A stretch of DNA of 64,000 nt, taken from positions 449 to 64,448 of the forward strand of contig JAFIFZ010000031.1 of assembly GCA_020831775.1 (NCBI GenBank), read 5' to 3'. A program made the translations under genes and the position numbers. Of this stretch, positions 55,049-64,000 are shown piece after piece (positions within the stretch are counted from its first letter, which is position 1; each line of letters opens with the position of its first letter). The notes beneath the pieces are model-generated. The model was not told where the DNA came from. It worked only from the letters and a program-made list of their open reading frames with translations, and did not search any database. The stretch comes from Phycisphaerales bacterium. Its GTDB lineage: Bacteria > Planctomycetota > Phycisphaerae > Phycisphaerales > UBA1924.

Positions 55049-57223
55049 ATGGCCAACCATCCGCCCCGACGCGCCGCCCGGCGCCGGATCCAGATCCTGC
55101 TCGCCGCGGCTGTCGCCCTCCCGATGGCCGCCTGCGACCGGGAGACCCCCGGCGACAGCGTCCGTGACGCATCGATGAAGATGCTCGCGACGCGCGGCGG
55201 ACACGCCGAGACGGCGCCCGACGAGACGCGACGCCTCCTCCAGCAGGACATCCGCGCCCCCGCGCAGATCGGCTCGGGCAGCATGCTCGAAGGTGAGAAG
55301 GCCGCCTCGGCCCTGCTCATCGCCGAGACCTACCTCGGCGAAGCGATCATCGACGCCCGGCGCCTCCTGGGCTACGAGCAGCTCGCCCAGACCGGCGCAG
55401 ACCACGCCGACCAGCTCATCCGTGCCTCCCAGCGGGCGGGTTCGCAGGCCGAGCGGACCGCCTTCGCCAACGACCAACTGCTCCAGGACCTCCGCCGCCA
55501 GTCCACCGGGCGTGAGCAGACGCTCAACCAGCGTCGCTCGGAGCTCGCGGAGCTGACGGCACAGCGCGACCAGCTAAACACCCGGCTTCGCGAGAAGGTC
55601 ACGCTGGAAGGGACCGAGCGGGGCCGCCAGGCCGAGCTCGACGCGCGGACCTCCAATGCGTCGGGCGAAGATCGCGAGCGTCTGGCCCACGAGACCCAGC
55701 GTGTCCGGCGCGTCGCCGACAGGCACGCCTACGACGCCGAGCTCATCCAGCTCGATATCGATCAGGTTGAGCGTCAGATCAAGCTCGCGACGGCGCGTGT
55801 CGACGCGGCCCGCAGCGAGGTCGCCGCCACCACCACCGCCATCGAGCACCTCGAACAGGTCCGCCAGCAGGCCAACCAGGCGGCCGACGAGGCCCGACGG
55901 CTCGCCGAGCGGGCGCAGGCGGAGCTCGCCCAGGCCCTCTTCGGCGGCGGCTCGGGGCACGCCGGCGACCTCGGTCGCGCCCTCCGCGAGGCCCTCTCGC
56001 AGCGGGACGAGACGGAGATGCCAGCACGCCTGGACATGCTCGTCAAGGCCGCAGAGGCGGGCCTCGTCTCGTTCGTGCACGAAACGATCAGCGCCGAGCG
56101 AGAGAAGGCGCTCAGCGCCGCCGAGCAGGCGGCATCGAGGGCGACCGCCGCCGCGAGAACGCTGCGGTCATCTTCGGCGCTGGCGGCGACCCAGGCGAAC
56201 GAGATCGCCGGCGCGATCCACATGCGTCACGCCCTGCTGAACGGGCGGGTGGCGCAGGTGCTCGAATCCGCGTCGGCGCTGCCGATGTTCCAGAGCGGCG
56301 AGGCGCAGAGCAATGTCAGCCAGGCGCTGGAGCGGACACGCACCGCCCGGACCGAGGCGCTGCAGGCCGCCCGCGAGTCGTTCGCAGAGGCCGCGGGCAG
56401 GCTCGAAGGCGTCCGCGCCGAAGACGACCGGGGCAACGCGCTGCTCGAGCTTGCGGCCAAGCGTCTGAACGACCTTGCCGCCTACGCCGAAGCGGTCGAG
56501 GCCGGCCGGGCCGACCAGGTCGACCTTGAGACCCAGCTCCGCGATGCACGCCGATTGCTGACGCAGATCCTGACGCGCGACGAGGTGCCGCAGGTTGGCG
56601 GGCGTGAGCAGGGCGGCGGTGGGCAGGCGCAAGCCGGTGGTGGCGCCCCCTCCAATGAGCAGCAGATCCGCTCGCTCGTTGAGCGTGCCCTGACTGCGAT
56701 GCAGGAGGACCGATTCGGCGACCTCCGCGGGCTGTACCACATCGAAGGCTCCAACGAGCGACGCGTGTTCGACGCAACGGTGTCGGGCCTCGAAGGCGCG
56801 GCGCGCCTCGAAAACGCGCTGCAGGACCGCTTCGGGCAGGGTCTTGAAGACACCGCCTTCTTTGCGCAGGCCGCCGCGATGAATGTCGAGATCCCCGACT
56901 ATCGCAACACCACGGTCGCAGAGTTCAGGGTCTCGGTGCTCGATGACGAAGAAGCGTCAGTCGCCGGGCCGGCCGTGCTGCCGGGCATGCTGGTCGACTT
57001 CCTCCTCGCCCGCAAGGTTGACGGACAGTGGAGGCTCGCCTTCCCTCCGATGGACGGCATGGACCCTTCGATGATCGCCAACATGCAGCAGGCCCTCGGA
57101 CGCGCGATGGGCCAGCTCGCCCAGCGCGTCGAGCGCGGCGAGATCGACAGCTTCCAGCGGTTCGACCAGGCCTTCGCCACCGCGATGCAGCAAGCCATGA
57201 TGGGCGCCGCTGGCGGGGGCTGA
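55049..57223 (+). CDS. Large coiled-coil lipoprotein, function unknown
   Basis: A lipobox-like LPMAAC after a basic N-terminus (MANHPPRRAARRRIQILLAAAVA). About 500 aa are Ala/Glu/Arg/Gln-rich with heptad-like sequence. The C-terminal domain of about 150 aa is of unknown fold. Confidence 0.6.
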   Translation: MANHPPRRAARRRIQILLAAAVALPMAACDRETPGDSVRDASMKMLATRGGHAETAPDETRRLLQQDIRAPAQIGSGSMLEGEKAASALLIAETYLGEAIIDARRLLGYEQLAQTGADHADQLIRASQRAGSQAERTAFANDQLLQDLRRQSTGREQTLNQRRSELAELTAQRDQLNTRLREKVTLEGTERGRQAELDARTSNASGEDRERLAHETQRVRRVADRHAYDAELIQLDIDQVERQIKLATARVDAARSEVAATTTAIEHLEQVRQQANQAADEARRLAERAQAELAQALFGGGSGHAGDLGRALREALSQRDETEMPARLDMLVKAAEAGLVSFVHETISAEREKALSAAEQAASRATAAARTLRSSSALAATQANEIAGAIHMRHALLNGRVAQVLESASALPMFQSGEAQSNVSQALERTRTARTEALQAARESFAEAAGRLEGVRAEDDRGNALLELAAKRLNDLAAYAEAVEAGRADQVDLETQLRDARRLLTQILTRDEVPQVGGREQGGGGQAQAGGGAPSNEQQIRSLVERALTAMQEDRFGDLRGLYHIEGSNERRVFDATVSGLEGAARLENALQDRFGQGLEDTAFFAQAAAMNVEIPDYRNTTVAEFRVSVLDDEEASVAGPAVLPGMLVDFLLARKVDGQWRLAFPPMDGMDPSMIANMQQALGRAMGQLAQRVERGEIDSFQRFDQAFATAMQQAMMGAAGGG

Positions 57224-57269
57224 TCTCTCCCGAACATCTTCTCGACCCCGGCGTACGAACAATCCGTCG

Positions 57270-58235
57270 ATGACTCCCACAAAGACCACAGCGATCCCCG
57301 GAGAGCCCAAGCTCCCGGGGGTCCGCCTCAACACCGTCAAGCCGAACGACCCCGTTCTCGGGGTCGTTGTCTCCAACGAACGCTGCACCGAACGCAAGAG
57401 CGCCGGGTTCGTCCGCCACATCGAGATCGATGTTTCGGGCACGCCCCTCGCCGGCGGGTTCCGCGCCGGGCAGTCCTTCGGTGTCTTCCCGCCCGGTCAC
57501 GACGAGAAGGGCAAGCCCCACAAGCTGCGCCTCTACTCCCTCGCCTGCCCCTCGGCCGGCGAGGACGGCCAGGGCGCCGTCGTCTCCACCACCGTCAAAC
57601 GAACCATCGACGAAGACTGGGAGACGGGCAAGCTCTTCCTCGGCGTCGCCTCGAACTACCTCGCCGACCTGCAGGTGGGCGAGAAAATCCGCCTCTCCGG
57701 GCCAAGCGGCAAGCGGTTCGTCCTCCCCGAAGACCCCGCCGCCCACGACTACCTTTTCTTCGCCACCGGCACCGGCATCGCACCGTTCAGGGGGATGCTC
57801 GGCGACCTCGACGCAAGCGGCATGCCCTCTGAAACCGTGCTGGTGATGGGCTCGCCCTACCGCTCGGACCTGCTCTACCACGGCCGGTTCACGGATCTGG
57901 ACGCCCGCTCAGAAAAGTTCACCTACCTCACCGCCATCAGCCGCGAAAACCAGCCCGACGGGCACGACCCGATGTATGTCCAGGACCGCCTGCAGACCGA
58001 ACGCGACAGGCTCGAAGCCCTGCTGCGTCATGAGCGGACGCTGATCTACATCTGCGGCGTCGCGGGCATGGAGATCGGGATCTTCCAGAAGCTGGCCCAG
58101 ATCCTGCCCGACCACGCGTTGGAGCAGTACCTGGAGGTGGACGCGGAGGCGATGTCCGATATCCGCTCGTGGGACCGACGGATGCTCCACAAGAAGATCC
58201 GGCCGACCCGGCGTGTCTTCACGGAGGTGTATTGA
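57270..58235 (+). CDS. Plant-type ferredoxin-NADP+ reductase (FNR family)
   Basis: FAD-binding RLYSLACPS, GVASNYL, NADP-binding FFATGTGIAPFRG, and a C-terminal YICGVAGM...FTEVY ending in the aromatic residue. Confidence 0.85.
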   Translation: MTPTKTTAIPGEPKLPGVRLNTVKPNDPVLGVVVSNERCTERKSAGFVRHIEIDVSGTPLAGGFRAGQSFGVFPPGHDEKGKPHKLRLYSLACPSAGEDGQGAVVSTTVKRTIDEDWETGKLFLGVASNYLADLQVGEKIRLSGPSGKRFVLPEDPAAHDYLFFATGTGIAPFRGMLGDLDASGMPSETVLVMGSPYRSDLLYHGRFTDLDARSEKFTYLTAISRENQPDGHDPMYVQDRLQTERDRLEALLRHERTLIYICGVAGMEIGIFQKLAQILPDHALEQYLEVDAEAMSDIRSWDRRMLHKKIRPTRRVFTEVY

Positions 58236-58399
58236 TGGGCTGCAGACGGGCTGACAGATCCGAGGCGGGGTCCGGAGCGGACCTTGCCGGGTTGACCGGC
58301 CCCCCGGCCGCTGGTAGGTTTCGTCGCGTCCACGACGGGCGCGCCGAGCGTTCGGGCCGGGCCCCGCACGCCGATGTTTCTTTCGGAAGGAATCAACAG

Positions 58400-59539
58400 G
58401 TGCATGACGCGAGCGTGACTGCACGCCCCGCGCGGGTCCGCGGCTTCCGCGGGCTGAGCGTGATCCTCGCCCTCGGCGTGGTCTGTCTCTCGGCCCTCCC
58501 CGCGATGGCCCAGGCCGGACGCGCCTCGATCCCCGAGGGGCTGATCTCCAAGCCCTCGGAGCTCACGCAGGACGAGGTGCGCCAGGTGCGGACCTATGTC
58601 AACGAGCATCTGCCGAGGCTGACGGCCGAGAACATCGACCATCGTCGAGCCGCGCGGCGCGAGCTCCGCAGGCCGCTGACCGCCCGCGGGGTGACCGTCA
58701 GCTTCCGCCTGGCCTACAGCTCGCAGCTTGTGCCCGAGCTCCGGCGTCTGGCCGACAACGAGGATCGTGGCGTGGCGACCATCGCCCTCCTGCTCGCGGG
58801 CGAGTTGGCGACAAGCCCCGCCGCACAACTGGCGATTGAACGGCTCGCCTCAGAGGACGAGGTGGTCCGTTACGCCGCGGCTTCGTCCATGGGCGAGACG
58901 CTTCGCGTGGCGGCCGAGGGCGCGCCGGCGATGAACGAGCAGCAGCTCACCAACCTCGTCAACCGCCTCGGAGAGCGTCTCCAGAGCGAAGAGAACCCGC
59001 TGGTGCTCGACCGCGTGATCCGCTCGATCGGCGCGGGCGCGACCAACCAGCGTCGCGAGTTCGCCAACCTCCGCAACGCCGCGACCCGCCTCCTGGGCGA
59101 TCGCCTCGCCGAGCGTGTGCAGAACGCCGATGCCGCGCGTCCCAACGCCGAGATGGAGCTCTCGATGCTCCGCGGCGCCGAGACCGTCTTCGCCAGCGTC
59201 AACCGCGGCGCGCTCTCGCCCGAGGCGCTGCGCGCCTCGGGCCTGCTCAGCGGGCAGCTTATCGCCTACGCCGACCGTCGCCTGAACGCCGGGGGGGGCC
59301 TGAACTCCGACGAGGTGCAGCGTCTGCAGCAGATCGTGGGCGCGTCGGAGAATGTGGTTGTCTTCGCGTGGAGCCTGCTGGACCCCCGGGCCCAGCGCCG
59401 CCAGTTCGGCCTGCGTGACGCGATGGGCGCCGAGGGCCGTCGCGACCGCTTCCGCACCGCCGCGGACCAGGTGATCGGCGCTCAGGGCGTGCTCGTGCGT
59501 CCGCCGTTCGAGTTCAGCACGGGCCAGTTCCCCCGCTAA
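58400..59539 (+). CDS. Secreted helical-repeat (HEAT/ARM-like) hypothetical protein
   Basis: The GTG 58400 start gives a signal peptide (FRGLSVILALGVVCLSALPAMAQA). The remainder is Leu/Ala/Arg-rich helical repeats. The upstream part of the track ORF overlaps the FNR gene. Confidence 0.5.
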   Translation: MHDASVTARPARVRGFRGLSVILALGVVCLSALPAMAQAGRASIPEGLISKPSELTQDEVRQVRTYVNEHLPRLTAENIDHRRAARRELRRPLTARGVTVSFRLAYSSQLVPELRRLADNEDRGVATIALLLAGELATSPAAQLAIERLASEDEVVRYAAASSMGETLRVAAEGAPAMNEQQLTNLVNRLGERLQSEENPLVLDRVIRSIGAGATNQRREFANLRNAATRLLGDRLAERVQNADAARPNAEMELSMLRGAETVFASVNRGALSPEALRASGLLSGQLIAYADRRLNAGGGLNSDEVQRLQQIVGASENVVVFAWSLLDPRAQRRQFGLRDAMGAEGRRDRFRTAADQVIGAQGVLVRPPFEFSTGQFPR

Positions 59540-59580
59540 GAGCGCCCACAGCCCCCGCGCCGGCGGTTACCCTACGGGCG

Positions 59581-61761
59581 ATGACACGCCTCCTGGTTCC
59601 GTTGTTTGCGCTCGTGCTTTTGCTCGGGGTGGTGATCGGCCTCGACCGCTCGCCCCCCAGGGCGGACTTCGTCTTCATCAACGCCAGCGATGTGAACACG
59701 CTGGACCCCCAGCGGATGAGCTGGATGCAGGACCTGCGCGCTACGCGCATCCTGTTCGAGGGCCTCGTCCAGACCGACATCTTCTCCTGGGGCTTCGATG
59801 TCCAGCCCGGCGTTGCCGAACGCTGGGAGATCAGGCGAGTCGAGGAGCCCCTCGTCAACGCGATGGGCGGCCCCGTGCTCGACGAGAGTGGCCAGCAGCG
59901 CACCGCGACGCGCGAGGTCTACACCTTTTTTCTGCGCGACAACGCCAAGTGGTCCAACGGCAGCCCGGTGACCGCCAGCGACTTCGTCTACTCGTGGCGG
60001 CGCGGCATGCTGCCCGACACCGCCTCGCCTTACATGAAGTTTTTCGAGCTCGTCCGCGGGGCCGAGCAGTTCCACAAGCTCCGCCAGGCGATGCTCAGCG
60101 AATACCAGGCCCGGCCCAGGGCCGAGAGAAACCGGGCCGAGGCCGAAGCGCTTTACCGAGAAGCGGTCGACGCCTTCGAGCACGGGCTCTCGGGCGAGGC
60201 CGCCCGCGCCCGCATCACCGATCCCCAACGCCGCGAAGCCCTCGGCCTGGACGACGAGAACTCGCCCTGGCTGCTGGACAACGGCGTGGGCATGCGAGCG
60301 ATCGACGACCGCACGCTCGAGATCACCGTCTACCGCCCGACGCCCTACTTCCTCGATATCTGCGCCTTCGGCACGATGTACCCGGTGTACGAGCCGGTCG
60401 TCAGCCGCTTCGAGGAGCCGAACCCCGTGACCGGCACGCTCGTGATCCTCGGGGCGTGGACCAAGCCCGAGCACATCGTCTCCAACGGGCCGTTCGAGCT
60501 GACGCTGTGGCGATTCCGTCGCGACATGCGCTTCGAGCAGAACCCCCACTACTGGAACCGCGAGGCGCTGAAGATCCAGAGCATCGAGACCCCTTCGATC
60601 GAGGACAGCAACGCCCAGGTCCTCGCCTTCCAGACCGGGCGCATCGACTGGATGAGCAATGTCGAGGTCGCCTACCGCGGCGCCATGTGGGAAGCCAAGA
60701 AGGCCTACTACGAGAAGCACAAGGGGCTCGTCGAGGAGCTGCGAGCCAAGGGGTACGACCAGTTCGAGATCGACCGCCACCTCCCGCCCGACCCGCGCCT
60801 GCACATCCATGTGATCCCGGCGTTCGGCAGCTATTTCTACAACTTCAACTGCAACGACAAGCTCAACGACGGGCGCGACAACCCCTTCCGCGACGCGCGG
60901 GTCCGGCGCGCTTTTTCCATGGCGATCGACAGGAAAGCGATCGTGCGGGATGTGCGCCGGATCGACGAGCGCAAGGCGTACTCGCTGACGCCGCCCGGCT
61001 CGGTCGCGGGGTACGAGCCGCCTCGGGGCCTGCGCTCGGTCTGCGACGCGTCGACCCCCGAGGAGCGTCGCGAGATCGCCGACGAGGCCCGCGAGCTCCT
61101 GATCGAAGCGATGCGCGACATGGGCATGGGCTCTGACCCCTCGCGCTTCCCCACCGTCGAGCTCTTGTTCAACCAGGAGGGCGGGCACGACCTGATCGCC
61201 CAGGTCGTCGCGTCGAGCTGGGAGACCAACCTCGGCGTCTCCACGCGCCTGGTCGCCAAGGACCTCCAGGTCTTCCGCGACGACCTGAAGAACCAGAACT
61301 TCATGACCGCCCGCGCCGGCTGGTACGGCGACTACGGCGACCCCTCCACCTTCCTCGGCATCAACCGCACCGGCGACGGCAACAACGACCGCAGATACTC
61401 CAACCCCGAGTACGACGCCCTGCTCGACAAGGCCGCGATCGAGGCCGACCCCGTCCGGCGGATGGAGCTGCTGCATGAGGCCGAACGGATCATCATGGAG
61501 GACGACCTGCCGATGGCGCCCGTCTTCCACTACTCCAATGTCTACATGTTCGACCCGCACCGCCTCTCGGGCATCACCAGCCACCCGCGATCGGTGCAGA
61601 ACCCGTTCCTCGCACAGGTGTTCGACGAGCCGATCGGCCCCGGCGTCGCCAGGGCCTTGCCGCCGAGAGCGCCGGTGAATGACAACGGCGACGCCGGAGA
61701 TCCCGACAGCACCGCCGCACCGGCGCAGGCCGGCCAAGACAGCCCGGAGGCCGGCAGATGA
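59581..61761 (+). CDS. ABC transporter substrate-binding protein, family 5 (peptide/nickel, OppA/DppA-like)
   Basis: An N-terminal anchor or signal (LLVPLFALVLLLGVVIG), FLRDNAKWSNGSPVTASDFVYSWRR, and a WYGDYGDP-type C-terminal lobe motif. Confidence 0.85.
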   Translation: MTRLLVPLFALVLLLGVVIGLDRSPPRADFVFINASDVNTLDPQRMSWMQDLRATRILFEGLVQTDIFSWGFDVQPGVAERWEIRRVEEPLVNAMGGPVLDESGQQRTATREVYTFFLRDNAKWSNGSPVTASDFVYSWRRGMLPDTASPYMKFFELVRGAEQFHKLRQAMLSEYQARPRAERNRAEAEALYREAVDAFEHGLSGEAARARITDPQRREALGLDDENSPWLLDNGVGMRAIDDRTLEITVYRPTPYFLDICAFGTMYPVYEPVVSRFEEPNPVTGTLVILGAWTKPEHIVSNGPFELTLWRFRRDMRFEQNPHYWNREALKIQSIETPSIEDSNAQVLAFQTGRIDWMSNVEVAYRGAMWEAKKAYYEKHKGLVEELRAKGYDQFEIDRHLPPDPRLHIHVIPAFGSYFYNFNCNDKLNDGRDNPFRDARVRRAFSMAIDRKAIVRDVRRIDERKAYSLTPPGSVAGYEPPRGLRSVCDASTPEERREIADEARELLIEAMRDMGMGSDPSRFPTVELLFNQEGGHDLIAQVVASSWETNLGVSTRLVAKDLQVFRDDLKNQNFMTARAGWYGDYGDPSTFLGINRTGDGNNDRRYSNPEYDALLDKAAIEADPVRRMELLHEAERIIMEDDLPMAPVFHYSNVYMFDPHRLSGITSHPRSVQNPFLAQVFDEPIGPGVARALPPRAPVNDNGDAGDPDSTAAPAQAGQDSPEAGR

Positions 61762-62765
61762 TGAGCACCATCCTGCGCCGTCTCGCGCAGCTCCCTTTCA
61801 TCCTGCTGGTGATCTACACCCTCACGCTGACCCTCGCCTGGGCCGTGCCCGGCGATCCCCTGGAAAACCCCGAGGGCCGCCAGCCCCCCGCCGAGGTGCA
61901 GGAGGCGATGCGCGCCCAGTACAACCTCGACAGTTTCTGGTCCTTCTACTTCTCGTACCTCAAGAGCGCCACGGGCGTGCAGTACCTCGCCGACCTCGCG
62001 ACAGGCGAGATCAGGCGCGAGGCCGAATCGGCGCGCGAAGCGGGCGCCGCCCCGCGCCAGCGTTACATCTTCGACCTCGGCCCGAGCCTGCAGTACCGCG
62101 ACTGGCGGGTGAACGAGATGATCGCGTCTTCGCTGCCGGTTTCGGCGACACTGGGGATCGCCGCGATTATCCTCGCGCTGTTCATCGGGATCGGCGCGGG
62201 CGTGATCGGCGCCGTCAAACCCAACTCGTTCCTCGACATCTCCACGCTCGTGATCGCGCTGATCGGCATCAGCCTGCCCAGCTTCGTGATCGGGACGGTT
62301 TTGCTCTTGCTCTTCGGCGTGTTGCTCCCGATCCTCCCCACCGGGGGCTGGGGCTCGCCCTCGCAGATGATCCTGCCGACGGTCGCGCTGAGCTTCCCCT
62401 TCGCGGCGTACATCGCCCGCCTGACCCGCATGGGCATGATCGACGCCCTGGGCGCAGACTACATCCGCACCGCACGCGCCAAGGGCCTGAGCGAGAACAA
62501 GGTCCTCTTCAAGCACGCCCTCAAGAACGCCTTCTTGCCCGTGCTCAGCTTCCTCGGCCCGGCGACGGCGCTGGCGATGACCGGGTCGTTCGTGGTCGAG
62601 CGCGTCTTCTTCGTGCCGGGCATCGGCCAGCACTTCGTGAACGCCGTGCGCAACAAGGACCTGTTCATGATCATGGGCGTCGTGCTGGTCTTCTCGACGC
62701 TGCTGATCATGCTGAACCTGCTGGTGGACATCCTGTACGCTTTCGTGGACCCGAGGATCCAGTAG
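61758..62765 (+). CDS. ABC transporter permease (OppB/DppB family)
   Basis: MMSTILRRLAQLPFILLVIYTLTLTLAW, an EAA-like loop (IRTARAKGLSENKVLFKHALKNAFLPV) and a C-terminal DILYAFVDPRIQ. The start overlaps the SBP stop (ATGA). Confidence 0.9.
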   Translation: MMSTILRRLAQLPFILLVIYTLTLTLAWAVPGDPLENPEGRQPPAEVQEAMRAQYNLDSFWSFYFSYLKSATGVQYLADLATGEIRREAESAREAGAAPRQRYIFDLGPSLQYRDWRVNEMIASSLPVSATLGIAAIILALFIGIGAGVIGAVKPNSFLDISTLVIALIGISLPSFVIGTVLLLLFGVLLPILPTGGWGSPSQMILPTVALSFPFAAYIARLTRMGMIDALGADYIRTARAKGLSENKVLFKHALKNAFLPVLSFLGPATALAMTGSFVVERVFFVPGIGQHFVNAVRNKDLFMIMGVVLVFSTLLIMLNLLVDILYAFVDPRIQ

Positions 62766-62814
62766 TCGATCCGCATGGCATCCAGAGGGGGTCGCCTGCC
62801 GAATACCCCGCGCC

Positions 62815-63354
62815 ATGACCACCATCGCAACCACACCGCACCCAGCCGAAGTATCCGCCGAATCCGTCGTCCGCGATCCGGACCTCCCCGGCGTCGGTGT
62901 CTTCAGAGGTCGTGCCGTGCGGCTGGAGTTCGAGACCGTCATCGACCGGCCCCGCGAAGAGATCTTCCCCTTCTTCGCCGACGCGCACAACCTCGAACGC
63001 ATCACGCCACCGATCCTCCGCTTCAGCGTCACCACGCCCGCCCCGATCGACATGCGCGAGGGCGCGTTGATCGACTACCGCCTCCGTCTCCGCGGCTTGC
63101 CCATGAAATGGCGCACGCGCATCGCGGCGTGGGAGCCGCCCGTCCGCTTCGTCGACACCCAGCTCAAGGGCCCGTACCGCCTATGGCACCACGAGCACAC
63201 CTTCGAGCCGGTCGGCGAGGGGCGGACGCGCTGCCGCGACATCGTCCACTACGCCCACCTCGGCGGCCCGCTGATCGACGCGCTGCTGGTGAGGCGGGAT
63301 GTCAAGAAGATCTTCGCGTTCAGGCAGCAGGCGCTGGCGGAGATCTTCGCGTAG
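62815..63354 (+). CDS. SRPBCC-superfamily (START/Bet v1-like) ligand-binding protein
   Basis: FFADAHNLERITPPILRFSV...LIDYRLRLRGLPMKWRTRIAAWEPPVRFVDTQLKGPYRLWHHEHTF is the characteristic COG4276-type pattern. Confidence 0.8.
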   Translation: MTTIATTPHPAEVSAESVVRDPDLPGVGVFRGRAVRLEFETVIDRPREEIFPFFADAHNLERITPPILRFSVTTPAPIDMREGALIDYRLRLRGLPMKWRTRIAAWEPPVRFVDTQLKGPYRLWHHEHTFEPVGEGRTRCRDIVHYAHLGGPLIDALLVRRDVKKIFAFRQQALAEIFA

Positions 63355-63496
63355 AACCGCCCCCGTCCGCCGTCCCCTGACGCCGATCTCTGAGCGAAGC
63401 GAAGAGTCGGGTTCGAGCCAAGAAGGATGCCGGATCTCTGGGTGAACATCAGTTTTTTGTGTTGACGGGTTCCTTTCGTCTCTGTACGCTGCACCG

Positions 63497-64000
63497 ATGC
63501 AGGACGAGCAGGGACTCCGACGATTCGCAGCCGTTCGCCTCCTCGCCGTCGCTTTGCTAGGGCTTGCGCCCCACGCCATCGCGGCGCCGCCGGGACCATC
63601 GTTGCACGGCATTCCTCGCGGGGAGGACTTCCGTGTCCTTTGGATGCACGAGCTATCGGGCGAGCCCAGATCGCTGACCTTCAGGGAACAATTGGAGGTC
63701 GAACGCCACCGGCTTTGGCGAGAAGAGGTCTCGTTCGTCAGCCCGTCCGACGGTGAAGCCGAGTTTATGGAGAAGGTGCTCGACAGCATCAACGACCCGG
63801 GCGATGTGTTGAATGACGAACTGAAGGGCAAGCTCCGCGAGGCCATCGCACGCCACTATGTTGTCCGCAGCCTGCCCACGCCCGACGCATACCTCGATGA
63901 GATCGATCGCAATCCCTACTTTCAGCCGCATCCAGAGCCGCATCACGACCCCCAGACACGGACATTTTACCGTCTTTACGAAGACTGGCCGGCAGCGCCG
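63497..64000 (+). CDS. Hypothetical secreted protein, 5' fragment (runs off the window end)
   Basis: My own translation from ATG 63497 gives MQDEQGLRRFAAVRLLAVALLGLAPHAIAAPP... with no stop through 64000 (168 codons). It has a signal-peptide-like N-terminus and is absent from the ORF track because it is open-ended. Confidence 0.45.
   Translation, partial: MQDEQGLRRFAAVRLLAVALLGLAPHAIAAPPGPSLHGIPRGEDFRVLWMHELSGEPRSLTFREQLEVERHRLWREEVSFVSPSDGEAEFMEKVLDSINDPGDVLNDELKGKLREAIARHYVVRSLPTPDAYLDEIDRNPYFQPHPEPHHDPQTRTFYRLYEDWPAAP

Overview
This is a high-GC chromosomal segment: 40/60 G+C in a hand-counted line at 19261. Real genes are recognisable by family motifs, and nearly every one is shadowed by long antisense ORFs. 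From memory, the 16S rRNA sequence and the gene content (a C-x4-CH planctomycete-cytochrome-like motif protein, a 16S with no 23S nearby, a scattered secretin/ATPase pair) suggest Planctomycetota, possibly Phycisphaerae-like. I could not run a search to confirm this.

Gene content in order:
- SDR-type NAD(P)-binding protein and RNase R.
- A small standalone C39-like cysteine peptidase behind a signal-less BtuF-like binding protein.
- A secretin plus GspE/PilB-type ATPase pair.
- An M1 metallopeptidase.
- mcsA-mcsB (protein arginine kinase module) and a ComF-family gene.
- A monocistronic 16S rRNA with its own promoter candidate, two bracketing processing helices and its own terminator.
- zntB.
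- A roughly 1 kb low-GC islet carrying one orphan ORF with a nuclease-like E/D/QxK motif.
- phoU, mfd, comEA.
- A GH10-fold protein that appears to lack both catalytic glutamates.
- purC.
- A roughly 10 kb minus-strand operon: three SPFH/band-7 paralogs, an ABC ATPase, an ABC-2 permease, and a terminal unknown gene split by one in-frame TAA. A second ABC-2-like permease is transcribed divergently.
- A GT-B glycosyltransferase, tRNA-Leu(GAG) and an S9 peptidase.
- A cheB-cheW-cheR-cheA-cheX-cheY-DUF342 operon.
- Several secreted or lipoprotein hypotheticals, a plant-type FNR, an OppA/OppB-like pair and an SRPBCC protein.

No CRISPR array, transposase or integrase was seen. The best candidates for something undescribed are the low-GC orphan nuclease-like gene, the triple-SPFH/ABC operon and the C39-like peptidase pairing. 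All functional claims rest on by-eye motif recognition and need homology or structure searches.
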